A stretch of 64,000 nt of DNA from the NCBI GenBank assembly GCA_039809045.1, contig JBDHUG010000011.1, positions 16,556 through 80,555 of the forward strand, in the 5' to 3' direction. The translations under genes and the position numbers were made by a program. Positions within the stretch are counted from its first letter, which is position 1. The number at the start of each line of letters is the position of its first letter. The stretch is from Gemmatales bacterium (GTDB taxonomy: Bacteria; Planctomycetota; Planctomycetia; Gemmatales; HRBIN36). This document shows, one piece after another, positions 50,744-60,409 of the stretch. The notes beneath the pieces are model-generated. The model did not search any database. It worked only from the letters and a program-made list of their open reading frames with translations, and was not told the DNA's origin.

Positions 50744-53700
50744 ATGAGCACAGGTCAATTCGAAGTTTTGATCGTGGGTGGTGGGTGTGCAGGACTCAGT
50801 GCTGCCATCGGGCTGGCTAAAACTGGCATTTCCGTGGCTGTCGTTGAGGCAGCTATTTACCCCGGTGCGGAAAATTGGTCGGGATGCGTTTACTTCTGTG
50901 AAAACCTGGTCGAGCCGGAGCTCCTTGGCCCCGAAGGCCTGCAACAACTTGCCTGGGAAAGGAGATTAGTTCGTCGCGGTGCATGGGTCGGCAACGGCCA
51001 AAGTTTGTTTGGCATATCCTACGAAAATGCCGCTTGTTTTCGCCATTGTTACACAGTGTTAAGGCCCATTTTTGACCATCACCTAGCGCAGATCGCCATG
51101 CAACACGGTGTGGTCTTGTTAAATCAAACCACCGCCGAGAGCCTCATTCGTGAAGGTCAACGCGTCATCGGCATCACCACCCAGCGCGGCCCGCTTTATG
51201 GCCGACTTGTTTTTTTGGCTGAGGGTGATGCTTCACACTTAGTCACGAAAGAGGGCTATGAACGCATTCCGCATGACCAAAAACATCCCAAGTATCTACA
51301 TGGAATCAAACAGGTACTCGAACTACCCCCAGAGTTGATTGAGCGCAATTTTGGTCTAAAGCCGGGCGAAGGTGCTGCGTGTGAAGTTATTTTGCGCAAT
51401 GCAAAGCTGCATGGGAAATCACTGCATCTAAATATGGGAGGCTTCATTTACACCAACCATGCTAGTCTGTCCATGGGTCTGGTGTTGCCCGCCGAGCATT
51501 TGCATGAGCACTTCGCTGGTGATCCGCATCTGCTACTGGAATGGTTTGAGAATCTGCCAGACTTGCAGCCTTGGTTCCGTGATGGCGTCCGCAGCGTCTT
51601 TGGAGCCAAGCTCATTCGCGGCGGGGGGACTCGCGAATTCCCGCAAATGGTCGATGATGGCTTGGCCATTGGCGGCGCGGCTACCGGGTTAGGCGTGGAT
51701 TTCCCTTACCCAAATTACACTGGCCCTGCCACACGCATGGGGTTGGAGTTGGTGCGAGCGGTGCATAAGATCCGCTCCCAAAAAGGGACCTATTCGGCTG
51801 CCGAACTGCAACAACATTATCTCCGACCTTTGAAAGCGACACGCTATTGGCAAGATGCTGCATTTCTTCGCGATTGGCCCGGTTATGTCGAGCGCACGCA
51901 CTTCTTTTTCGACCGCCAAGTGGATTTGCTTTTGGGCAGCGCACAATTACTGGCTCAAAAGGGCCAGGAAGAAAGTGCACGCTTCAATCATGTCACTGAC
52001 CTTTTGAAACAAGAATGGCTGTCCAAAGAGGCACAAGCGTCGATCCAACACGACCTTCATCACTTAGAGAAAGCGCTACCGATTAAGAGGGTATTCAAGC
52101 GACCACCGCTGCCACTGATGTTGGTCGAAAGCTGGCTGCACTTTGTTGGACAATTGACTGGTCTCAAAAAGCCAGCACCAGACGTGGGTCAAATTCGCTG
52201 GCACTACAGCGTTCGGGGGGAACCCATGCTCGAGCATGGTTTTCCCAGTATTATTCAGCAAACCATGGAACAAATGCAGCCAAGCCTGGCGCGGGCTGCT
52301 TATGAGCTGTATGCCAATGACAACACACCTTTACCCCAAAAAGTTAATCGAGCCCTTCAATCACTTAGACTGCATTTGCCCTGGGCAGCGCTGTTGCGGC
52401 TTTCTTGGCGTTTGCTGCCACAGGTTTGGCGCTTGTTCAAAAAATCCCCCGCCCTTGCACACCGCATTGACCTCGAACAACTGGCACCGCAACCCGACCT
52501 GACGCCCTGGCTTGCTCCAGCACAACAAAAATGGGAAGACCGTTTGGGCCGTCTAGGTTACTTGTCTGATCGGCGTTCACATATCCACGTGTATTGGCCT
52601 CAGCAATTGAATAACAAAAACAACATCACCGAAGCTGGCCTTTGGCATGTCTGTCCAGCTCATGTGTATGAGGCTCGCACCAACTCGTTGGGACAATTGC
52701 AAATCGTTGTGAATCACGAAAATTGCATCAAATGCGAAACCTGTTGGCGTACGAGCGACCTCGTCGATTGGGGTCGCGATGGCCTGCATCGCTTCATTTA
52801 TGCCGTGCAGTCTCCTGTGACGATCAAGCTCCTGGCCACTCAAGATGCACCGGAACTGCGTAAACCATTGTCCCCGGAGCAAACCGATCCTTGGCTTGAC
52901 GTCCGAGCCAATTCAACGAAACCGCCAAGAGAGATCCTATCGCACATCCACTCTCTTGAACGACAGCTTGATAACTTTATTTCCGCTCTTGGTGCCGAGC
53001 CGAGAACGATGGATGCCGCTCGCAGCCAGTTCTTAAGCAAGCTCGCAGCTTGGATTGATGCACAGGCGAAGCGATTACGAATCGACCTGGAACAACACCT
53101 TCCAAACAGGTTGCCTGAACATAAGGCTACCACTCAACCAAGCCATGAGCGTGACTTGTTCGCCGACATGACACAGCGGATCGGACACATCCAGCAATAC
53201 ATCGAACAAAAACGCTTTGCCTGGGCGGCCAGTGCGTGCAGACATATCCAGCAACACCACCTCCAAGGGCTCAAAGCGCTTTTGGGCTGCCCCCTTGCAG
53301 TTGACAGGTTGAATGACAACGCAGCGTGGGATCTACCACTGCAACCTATGTTGCAGGCGGATACGCAGCGTTCATCAGCCAACCGAGCGATTCAACCATG
53401 GCGTCAGCGGATTGAAGAGCTATGGGGACCTTACTTATGGCGTGAACTTGACCAAGGACACAAACTAACGCCGCCGCAAAATGAAGTATTGGCCGATGCT
53501 TTGGCCTATGTGCCTGAATTGGAATCTACGCAGCTCGATCAAACTCTGCACCCTGCGGCACGCAAGGAAATCTTAGCTGAATTGGGAAGGCGGGACCCTT
53601 CCATAGGTTATCGGTTTGCCCATCACTTATGGGTCCGCGATTTGTTACAGCTATTCGGCTCTGATATGCAACGCCATGCTTGGCGGCAACTCACTCTACA

Positions 53701-56700
53701 GAAGCAGTGGTCTGCTTACGTGAATCTTGACAATGGCTCCATTCAAAGCGACGGCTGCCGCGGTTCTGCAACCATGCTTCCACTTGTCGATGCTTACTTG
53801 ATTCGCATCCATGATCGACTGTTTTGGGTAACCGCCAAGGAATTAGGCAGTCAACTCCAACCCGTCATCGGCCTGGGGTTGCGTGGCACGCCTCTTTGTC
53901 AGATCGATTTGAACGATTTCCCATTACCCAACGATGCTGTGAAATTGGAACCCAACAAGGTATCAACGGCTTATGAAGTCATCAGTCAAACCGATCTGAT
54001 CGCTATCGCCCTGGGCATGGCCGATCAGTTAACCCTCCGTTGCACACAACATGCTGCCAATCGGGTTCAATTTCCAGGGATGTTTCATGATGAGCGCAGT
54101 CGCGATACCATTGGTAAATTTGGTGCAGTGAAGAAAATGTTGGCTGAGATGGGTGCGCATCGAATAGTGATCGAGACCCTTTGTTACAATCTATCACCGC
54201 AGGATTTTCAGCCTGATACCGTGAAGCGAGTAACGCTCGCTAAGGCAGCCACGGCCCAACTGCTGGGCACATCGCCTGGGAGCCTGTCATATAATGCCGG
54301 CCAGATTTTCGGCGGGACTGGCTATTCCGAAGACGACATCCTTTCCAAGTATTACCGCGATGCATCGGCGTGGCGGTTCCTGGCAGTGGATAGTCATCAA
54401 GCCATGCATTTGCATGGCCAACAACTGGCCCATGCTGCTTGTCATGAACGGGAATCGGCCTGGATGGAAGAGATTCAAGCAACTAACGTACTGCAGGGTG
54501 AAGCGGTAACGCTACTGCAGCAGATTGAAGACTTGCGTCAACCTTTGAACAAGATATCATCAGCGATTGCGGAAGCACGCGGTTGGGTCGATGCCTTCCT
54601 TTTTGCAAGCAAGTCGTTGCTGCTGCGATTATTCGCTCAATTAGCATCAGGGTTCGATTCAGAACTTACCTGGTCGATGTGGGAGGTGTGGCACACTTTC
54701 TTGCAACGATGGTTAGCCCGCTATTGGGAAATGATTCAACCATCCCCCATGAGCACTCGTTCACTCGAAGTCCAGGTGAATGGTTTTCAGTCTATCGATG
54801 ATTATCGTCAATTTCTGGCACAACCCATAAAGGCCTTGGTTCAGCCATCAGGCAAGCCTAATGTTTCTGATCCTGCCACAAAGAAAGCCCTGGCCTACCA
54901 GACTGGTGATTTCCTGGTCGGACCGATCCAACTCACATTGCCACGCTACACGCCTGAAATGATCGAAACCGATAAAACGCTTGCCGCCACAGATAGCCAA
55001 TTCCATGATCTGGTGATACAGCAATTCGGCTCATTAAGAAAAGAAATGCTCTTTGAACGCTACATTGAAGCCAACCATTTGCCTGATAATGCAGATTTAG
55101 ATTATTGCCGCCAGCACGGCTTTTTCCGCATGCCCATTCCCTCCAGCCTGGGTGGCGAAGGCAAGTTGAAAGCGGAATATTACAGCTTGGTCATGCAAAC
55201 GAATCAATTTGCCGACGCGACCATGTCTCTGCTCATACAGGCCAACACGAGCATCGGCACATCCCCCATATTGTTTGCCCGTGACAAGGACCTGCCCAAA
55301 GCGATCAAGGAATGCAAGCCCTTTGCACATGATGAAGAACTTCATGCCAAAGTTGGTTTGTTGCTCGATGCAATGGCCCAGCGTGTACATGTCCAAGATG
55401 TCGCTGGCGCTCAAGCCACACTTAAGGAATTGCAACCGCTGCTCGATAGCGCCATGAAATCGAGCGCTCTCAAACCTTGTCTTCAACCCCTCATCGATAT
55501 TTGGAAAAGTGTTACTCGAGCCGTGCCTTTAGGCGATTTGAAAAAAGCAAGCAAAGCGAAAGACTTGCCTGACGCCTGGCAAAAAAGCGTTGCTCTCGCA
55601 AAGGATCTGGTCAGCGAGTTGGACCTTCGACTCCAAGCCTGCGATTTAGGATTGCGCTGGATTGCCAGCGGGCAAATCTCCGCATTCGCTTTGACCGAAC
55701 CTTCGGCAGGTTCCGATACAGCTCGTGTGGCCACCCGGGCCAAGTTGGTTTCTGTACCTGTGACAAAGGATGACGATGGCGTGTTGTCCTTTCAACTTCC
55801 CGATGGCGGTGGCCGCCGTGTTCTACTCGATGCATCCCGACTTGAATTTCGACCGGATGGAGCGTTTTACCGTTATCAAGAGAATGCTGAGCCTGCGCGC
55901 ATCATGTTTGATGAATACGACTATGAAACCGATGATCCCAACCGCTTCCGCTATTACCAACATGGACAGCGAAAAGTTCCATTCACCGACATTGCCTACC
56001 TGCGCCAACGGGATGGACAAACCTGGTACGATTATTGGGAAATGACCGGCGCGAAGATGTGGATCACCAATGGCCGCATGTCGGGCATTATGAGCCTCTA
56101 CGCGAAGACAAGCCAAGGAGTGACCGGCTTCATCGTTGATCGGCATGCAGAAGGCTTTATTGTGGGCAAGGACGAAGCCAAAATGGGGCAAAACGGTTCC
56201 CCCACCAACGAAATCGCCTTGCAAGCTGTTCGTGTGCCAAAGGAAAACGTCTTGGGTCTGGAAGGCCGGGGGCAAGTCAATGCTCTCGAAACACTGAATG
56301 TCGGCCGGGCAGGTTTAGCGATGTCATCGGTCAGCCAGATGCGCACGCTGATCGAGATGGGACAAAACCATTGTCAACAACCTGCCGCCAACAGTAAGCC
56401 CCTTTCCCATCACCTGGCTATCGTTCGTGAAGAAACCTGGATTGCCGAAAGTCTGGCTTACATGGTGATCGGACAGTTTGAACATCCATCGACCCAAGCC
56501 GTGCGCATGGAGTCCGCCATCGCCAAGATGCTGGTTAGCGAGTTGCTGCATAGCAGCATCGAGCACACAGAAGTCTTGTTTGGCTTGGCCAGTCAAACGC
56601 GACAACATCTCGTGGAAAAACGCAAACGGGATGCCCGCATCATCAATATTTACGAAGGCACCAATGAGGTGCAGCGTTTCCTGCTTGTAAAAGAACTGGT

Positions 56701-59086
56701 GGGCGATGTGCTTCCGCGATGGCAACAAGAGCCCATTGCTTTGAACAGTGACCCAATCAGTCAGCAATTGCTGGATCTGCATCAACGATTCCGCGAGCAA
56801 CTACAAGCTGCCGCCCAACTTTTTGGGCAAGGCCTGTGGCAGAATCCGAATCTGCAACCAACCGTTTTCTGGTTGGCCGAAGCTTCGGCCTGGCTCTTGG
56901 CAGCGCAAGCAGTGGCAGGTCGGCTCTTTTGGTTGAAAGGATGCAAGGCGAAGTTAAAGCAACCGTCCTGCACAGAAACGGGCCAGCTGGCCCTTGCACG
57001 ATGCCTGAACGAAGTTCGTTGGCGGTTGCAGTGGTTCGCGGAAGAATGGCAACGCATCGAAGCATGCCAATATGCAGCCACGATCCGTACAGCCGATTTG
57101 ATGTTCGACCGCTTGCAACATGCCTCACACTATGGTGTCACTTGGTCCAGCGTTATTGAAAAACCCCTTCATGTGCTCGTCGTACTTGAACCCAACGTTG
57201 CAGCCGTTCCACAACCGGCTGTACACGATGGCCAATTGCTGGAATCTTATTGGTCATTGAGTGAAGCTGATGGAGCCGCCCTCGAAGCTGCCTTACGGCT
57301 GCGTGATCAAGCTCCTAAAGAAGTCCACATCACTGCTGCCATGGTGGGGGGACGTTGTTTACTTTCTCTCATGCGTGAGATTGCAGCTCGAGGTGTCGAG
57401 ACACTGCTCGTGCAGGCACCAAGAGATGGGATATCTGTAACCGCTGCTGCTGAAGCTTTGACTCAAGTCATGCGCGAGCGATCATGGGATTTGATTATTG
57501 GACCATCGAGTGCAAAAGATCAAGCCGATGGGCTTTTAGTTCCACTTATGACTTGCTCATTGAAATTACCCTATGCCGGCTCCACCACACAGTTAGCCGT
57601 ACGACACCTTCAAGAGTCAAGTGAATTGCTGCTTCTACAAAGCAATGATCAAACTCGGCAGCGCAACCTGCCCGCGGCAGTTACTCTTGAACCCGGGCTC
57701 GCTTTGCGGTCATACTCGACTCAGGGATATCTGAAGGGGCTTGCCAACCCTTGCCAAATCAAACCTTGGCCTTTGGAAGTCTTGCCCCAAACACTTACCT
57801 GGAAATCGATCAAGCCAGCGGGCACCTTGCCTTCAGATGCGCTCGCCCCGAGCCGCCTCGAACCTTGTGCGGCAGCCGATTGGCTTCTGCAGTCCTTGGG
57901 CGTAAAGGGAGAACGCAATGCACCTGCTGAACCGTTAGCAGTATCCTTTTCTGATACAAGCGGGCCGTGCCGCATCGATCATGCTGCCGCCTTGGCCATC
58001 ATCGCCTGTGATGCAGACGGTCGTCTGAGCCATGCTGCGCTTGCTTGCTCGCGTGCCGCACAGAGGCAAGCCAATTCAGCCGCTTGTCTGTTGCTCACCC
58101 CTGCCAATACTGAAGCACAGGAAAAAGCCACACAAACCTTACTCAGCTTAGGCTTAAGTCACATCCATATCGTTCAGCACCCTTTGCTGACCGAGTCTGA
58201 AGTATTGCGTTCACAAGTGCTGCAAGCAGCCTGGCCAAACTTTAAACAGGAACCTGAATTCATCGTAGCCGAGCGTTGGGCAGACCTGGCCTTGGCTACA
58301 ATCCGCCGAACTCAATCGTCGCAGCCCAACTTTGAACCACGGTTGAAACGATTGGCACTTGGTAAAGACTTCATCGGTGCAGAAAGCAGCCGACATGCTG
58401 CCAAACTGCTCGCTCGCCAAACCTGGTCCAAGCCTAGTTTCAAAAAGCCCTTATGGATCACCGTGACGGACGATGTTGAGCTCGAAGGCGACCCTGCGGC
58501 TATGGTTGAAACTGCATCGCCGCCAGTCGTCTTTCGCTGGTCGCCAAACCTCGACCGATTGTTTGGCCAGCAAGACATGGTTCGGCTACTCGGTGAACTG
58601 AAAAGTGCAACTGGAACCATACGTCTCAGTGAAGCGGAATACATCATTGACGTGGGTTACGGCGTCGCCAATCGCGATGGCTACGAAGCCGTAATCGAAC
58701 CGCTTGAAAAAGCTCTGAAACAAATAGGCGTCAAGCAAGTGCAGATCGGCGGCTCACGCAAGGTAACGGAAGAACTGAACATCTTGCCTATCGATCGACA
58801 GATTGGACAGTCGGGTGTTTCCGTGAACCCCAAGATTCTGCTGGCCATTGGTATCAGCGGTGCTCCCCAGCATTTGCAGTACATTGGCCCACGCGCCCAT
58901 ATTCTGTGCTTTAACAAAGACCCTGAAGCCCCACTGATGACTTTAAACCAGCGACAACCCAAGCCGATCATTTATCCCATTGTTGGTGATCTGTTTCAAA
59001 CCGTGCCTGCGTTTGTTCATGCTTTACAACAAGATGGCAACTCAACCGCCCAAACGGAACCCAGCCGTACTGATGGATCGACATAA
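50744..59086 (+). CDS. Giant flavoprotein fusion: FixC/ETF-QO, Fe-S, acyl-CoA dehydrogenase x2, ETF-beta, ETF-alpha
   Basis: Single 2780-aa ORF: IVGGGCAG/GAENWSG (FixC); CPAHVYE...NCIKCETC (Fe-S); QIFGGTGY (ACAD1); FALTEPSAGSD, GAKMWITNG, YEGTNEVQR (ACAD2); AALEAALRLRD (EtfB); GGSRKV...QIGQSG...GISGAPQH...NKDPEAP (EtfA). Confidence 0.88.
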   Translation: MSTGQFEVLIVGGGCAGLSAAIGLAKTGISVAVVEAAIYPGAENWSGCVYFCENLVEPELLGPEGLQQLAWERRLVRRGAWVGNGQSLFGISYENAACFRHCYTVLRPIFDHHLAQIAMQHGVVLLNQTTAESLIREGQRVIGITTQRGPLYGRLVFLAEGDASHLVTKEGYERIPHDQKHPKYLHGIKQVLELPPELIERNFGLKPGEGAACEVILRNAKLHGKSLHLNMGGFIYTNHASLSMGLVLPAEHLHEHFAGDPHLLLEWFENLPDLQPWFRDGVRSVFGAKLIRGGGTREFPQMVDDGLAIGGAATGLGVDFPYPNYTGPATRMGLELVRAVHKIRSQKGTYSAAELQQHYLRPLKATRYWQDAAFLRDWPGYVERTHFFFDRQVDLLLGSAQLLAQKGQEESARFNHVTDLLKQEWLSKEAQASIQHDLHHLEKALPIKRVFKRPPLPLMLVESWLHFVGQLTGLKKPAPDVGQIRWHYSVRGEPMLEHGFPSIIQQTMEQMQPSLARAAYELYANDNTPLPQKVNRALQSLRLHLPWAALLRLSWRLLPQVWRLFKKSPALAHRIDLEQLAPQPDLTPWLAPAQQKWEDRLGRLGYLSDRRSHIHVYWPQQLNNKNNITEAGLWHVCPAHVYEARTNSLGQLQIVVNHENCIKCETCWRTSDLVDWGRDGLHRFIYAVQSPVTIKLLATQDAPELRKPLSPEQTDPWLDVRANSTKPPREILSHIHSLERQLDNFISALGAEPRTMDAARSQFLSKLAAWIDAQAKRLRIDLEQHLPNRLPEHKATTQPSHERDLFADMTQRIGHIQQYIEQKRFAWAASACRHIQQHHLQGLKALLGCPLAVDRLNDNAAWDLPLQPMLQADTQRSSANRAIQPWRQRIEELWGPYLWRELDQGHKLTPPQNEVLADALAYVPELESTQLDQTLHPAARKEILAELGRRDPSIGYRFAHHLWVRDLLQLFGSDMQRHAWRQLTLQKQWSAYVNLDNGSIQSDGCRGSATMLPLVDAYLIRIHDRLFWVTAKELGSQLQPVIGLGLRGTPLCQIDLNDFPLPNDAVKLEPNKVSTAYEVISQTDLIAIALGMADQLTLRCTQHAANRVQFPGMFHDERSRDTIGKFGAVKKMLAEMGAHRIVIETLCYNLSPQDFQPDTVKRVTLAKAATAQLLGTSPGSLSYNAGQIFGGTGYSEDDILSKYYRDASAWRFLAVDSHQAMHLHGQQLAHAACHERESAWMEEIQATNVLQGEAVTLLQQIEDLRQPLNKISSAIAEARGWVDAFLFASKSLLLRLFAQLASGFDSELTWSMWEVWHTFLQRWLARYWEMIQPSPMSTRSLEVQVNGFQSIDDYRQFLAQPIKALVQPSGKPNVSDPATKKALAYQTGDFLVGPIQLTLPRYTPEMIETDKTLAATDSQFHDLVIQQFGSLRKEMLFERYIEANHLPDNADLDYCRQHGFFRMPIPSSLGGEGKLKAEYYSLVMQTNQFADATMSLLIQANTSIGTSPILFARDKDLPKAIKECKPFAHDEELHAKVGLLLDAMAQRVHVQDVAGAQATLKELQPLLDSAMKSSALKPCLQPLIDIWKSVTRAVPLGDLKKASKAKDLPDAWQKSVALAKDLVSELDLRLQACDLGLRWIASGQISAFALTEPSAGSDTARVATRAKLVSVPVTKDDDGVLSFQLPDGGGRRVLLDASRLEFRPDGAFYRYQENAEPARIMFDEYDYETDDPNRFRYYQHGQRKVPFTDIAYLRQRDGQTWYDYWEMTGAKMWITNGRMSGIMSLYAKTSQGVTGFIVDRHAEGFIVGKDEAKMGQNGSPTNEIALQAVRVPKENVLGLEGRGQVNALETLNVGRAGLAMSSVSQMRTLIEMGQNHCQQPAANSKPLSHHLAIVREETWIAESLAYMVIGQFEHPSTQAVRMESAIAKMLVSELLHSSIEHTEVLFGLASQTRQHLVEKRKRDARIINIYEGTNEVQRFLLVKELVGDVLPRWQQEPIALNSDPISQQLLDLHQRFREQLQAAAQLFGQGLWQNPNLQPTVFWLAEASAWLLAAQAVAGRLFWLKGCKAKLKQPSCTETGQLALARCLNEVRWRLQWFAEEWQRIEACQYAATIRTADLMFDRLQHASHYGVTWSSVIEKPLHVLVVLEPNVAAVPQPAVHDGQLLESYWSLSEADGAALEAALRLRDQAPKEVHITAAMVGGRCLLSLMREIAARGVETLLVQAPRDGISVTAAAEALTQVMRERSWDLIIGPSSAKDQADGLLVPLMTCSLKLPYAGSTTQLAVRHLQESSELLLLQSNDQTRQRNLPAAVTLEPGLALRSYSTQGYLKGLANPCQIKPWPLEVLPQTLTWKSIKPAGTLPSDALAPSRLEPCAAADWLLQSLGVKGERNAPAEPLAVSFSDTSGPCRIDHAAALAIIACDADGRLSHAALACSRAAQRQANSAACLLLTPANTEAQEKATQTLLSLGLSHIHIVQHPLLTESEVLRSQVLQAAWPNFKQEPEFIVAERWADLALATIRRTQSSQPNFEPRLKRLALGKDFIGAESSRHAAKLLARQTWSKPSFKKPLWITVTDDVELEGDPAAMVETASPPVVFRWSPNLDRLFGQQDMVRLLGELKSATGTIRLSEAEYIIDVGYGVANRDGYEAVIEPLEKALKQIGVKQVQIGGSRKVTEELNILPIDRQIGQSGVSVNPKILLAIGISGAPQHLQYIGPRAHILCFNKDPEAPLMTLNQRQPKPIIYPIVGDLFQTVPAFVHALQQDGNSTAQTEPSRTDGST

Positions 59087-59161
59087 GTGTTGGCATCGGT
59101 CAACGGTAGAATATGACTCCGTTTGCATCGTACTATCGAGATTCCCTTGAGACTGAACCAT

Positions 59162-59599
59162 ATGGCTAAAGATAAAATCGCTGCAGGAATTTTGCTTTAT
59201 CGCCACTTGCACGCCCGGTGGGAAGTTCTGCTGGTTCATCCTTCAGGCGCTTATAACCGAGACAAACCCTGGAGCATTCCCAAAGGGTTGCCCGACCCTG
59301 GCGAGACGCTAGAGCAGGCTGCACGTCGAGAGACCCGTGAGGAAGCAGGTGTGGTGGTCGATGGCGACTTGATTTACTTAGGCACCATCATTTATCAAAA
59401 AAGCAAGAAAACGATTCATTGCTATGCTGCCCCTGCCCCGAGCGATGCAGCTCCTTTTTGTGCTTCCTGGGAAGTAGACCATGCCCGTTTCATGACCATC
59501 GAAGAAGCATCTCGCATCATCCATCCCGACCAAAAACCTTTTCTAGATCGTTTGCATGAATGGTTGCAGCAAAACCAACCGCAAGGTAACCTAAGTTAA
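59162..59599 (+). CDS. Nudix hydrolase
   Basis: WSIPKG followed by the Nudix box GLPDPGETLEQAARRETREEAG. Confidence 0.88.
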   Translation: MAKDKIAAGILLYRHLHARWEVLLVHPSGAYNRDKPWSIPKGLPDPGETLEQAARRETREEAGVVVDGDLIYLGTIIYQKSKKTIHCYAAPAPSDAAPFCASWEVDHARFMTIEEASRIIHPDQKPFLDRLHEWLQQNQPQGNLS

Positions 59600-59624
59600 A
59601 CGACGTTTTCCAGGTAACTCAACC

Positions 59625-60362
59625 ATGCAATGCATCAACACCGTCATCCTCGGGATCATTTGGTTCGCCCTGTTGTGCAGTCCGTGGCTCAGGGCTGAAG
59701 ATACACCGGACGATGCACGCACTGCTCTGCAACCGTTCAATGAGTGGATCGGCGCATGGAAAGCAACGGGCACTCCAGAATCGGGAAGCACCGCGGAGCG
59801 GCAACGGGGTTTTTGGAAAGAGACCTGGCAATTCGGCTGGCAGTTCAAGGGCAAGCAATGCTGGATTCAGATCTCAATTAAAGATGGCAAGCACTATCAA
59901 AGCGGTTCAATTCATTACCTAGAAAAAGCAAATGCGTATGAACTCACGCTCATGCCGAAAGAGAAAAACGCCCCCGAAGAAAAATACGTTGGCCAATTCG
60001 CTAGCAACAATCGCCGATTTATTGCCGAAAGAACCGATGAAGAACAAAAAGAAGTTCATCGCATAACCTTGCAACTCATTGGCGAAATCCGTGCTTCTTA
60101 TTCGATGGAACGCAGACCAGTTTCCCGTAAGCAGTTCAGCAAACAATACACGGTCACTGCAACGCGTGAAGGTGAATCATTAGCCGGCTCCAAGAAAAGC
60201 AATCAACCCGAATGCGTGGTGAGTGGCGGTTTGGGCACAATCGCCGTGAGTTACAAAGGGATGACTTATTATGTCTGCTGTACTGGTTGCAGAGATGCAT
60301 TCAATGAAGACCCTGAGAAGTACATCAAAGAGTTTGAAACAAAGAAAAAGAAGGACAAGTAA
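59625..60362 (+). CDS. Exported protein with a C-terminal YHS/TRASH-like domain
   Basis: Signal peptide; ECVVSGG...YKGMTYYVCCTGCRDAFNEDPEKY. Confidence 0.78.
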   Translation: MQCINTVILGIIWFALLCSPWLRAEDTPDDARTALQPFNEWIGAWKATGTPESGSTAERQRGFWKETWQFGWQFKGKQCWIQISIKDGKHYQSGSIHYLEKANAYELTLMPKEKNAPEEKYVGQFASNNRRFIAERTDEEQKEVHRITLQLIGEIRASYSMERRPVSRKQFSKQYTVTATREGESLAGSKKSNQPECVVSGGLGTIAVSYKGMTYYVCCTGCRDAFNEDPEKYIKEFETKKKKDK

Positions 60363-60409
60363 CCCAGTTGAAGTCTCCGGTTTCGCAACACTCCTTAACT
60401 GAGTCGTGT

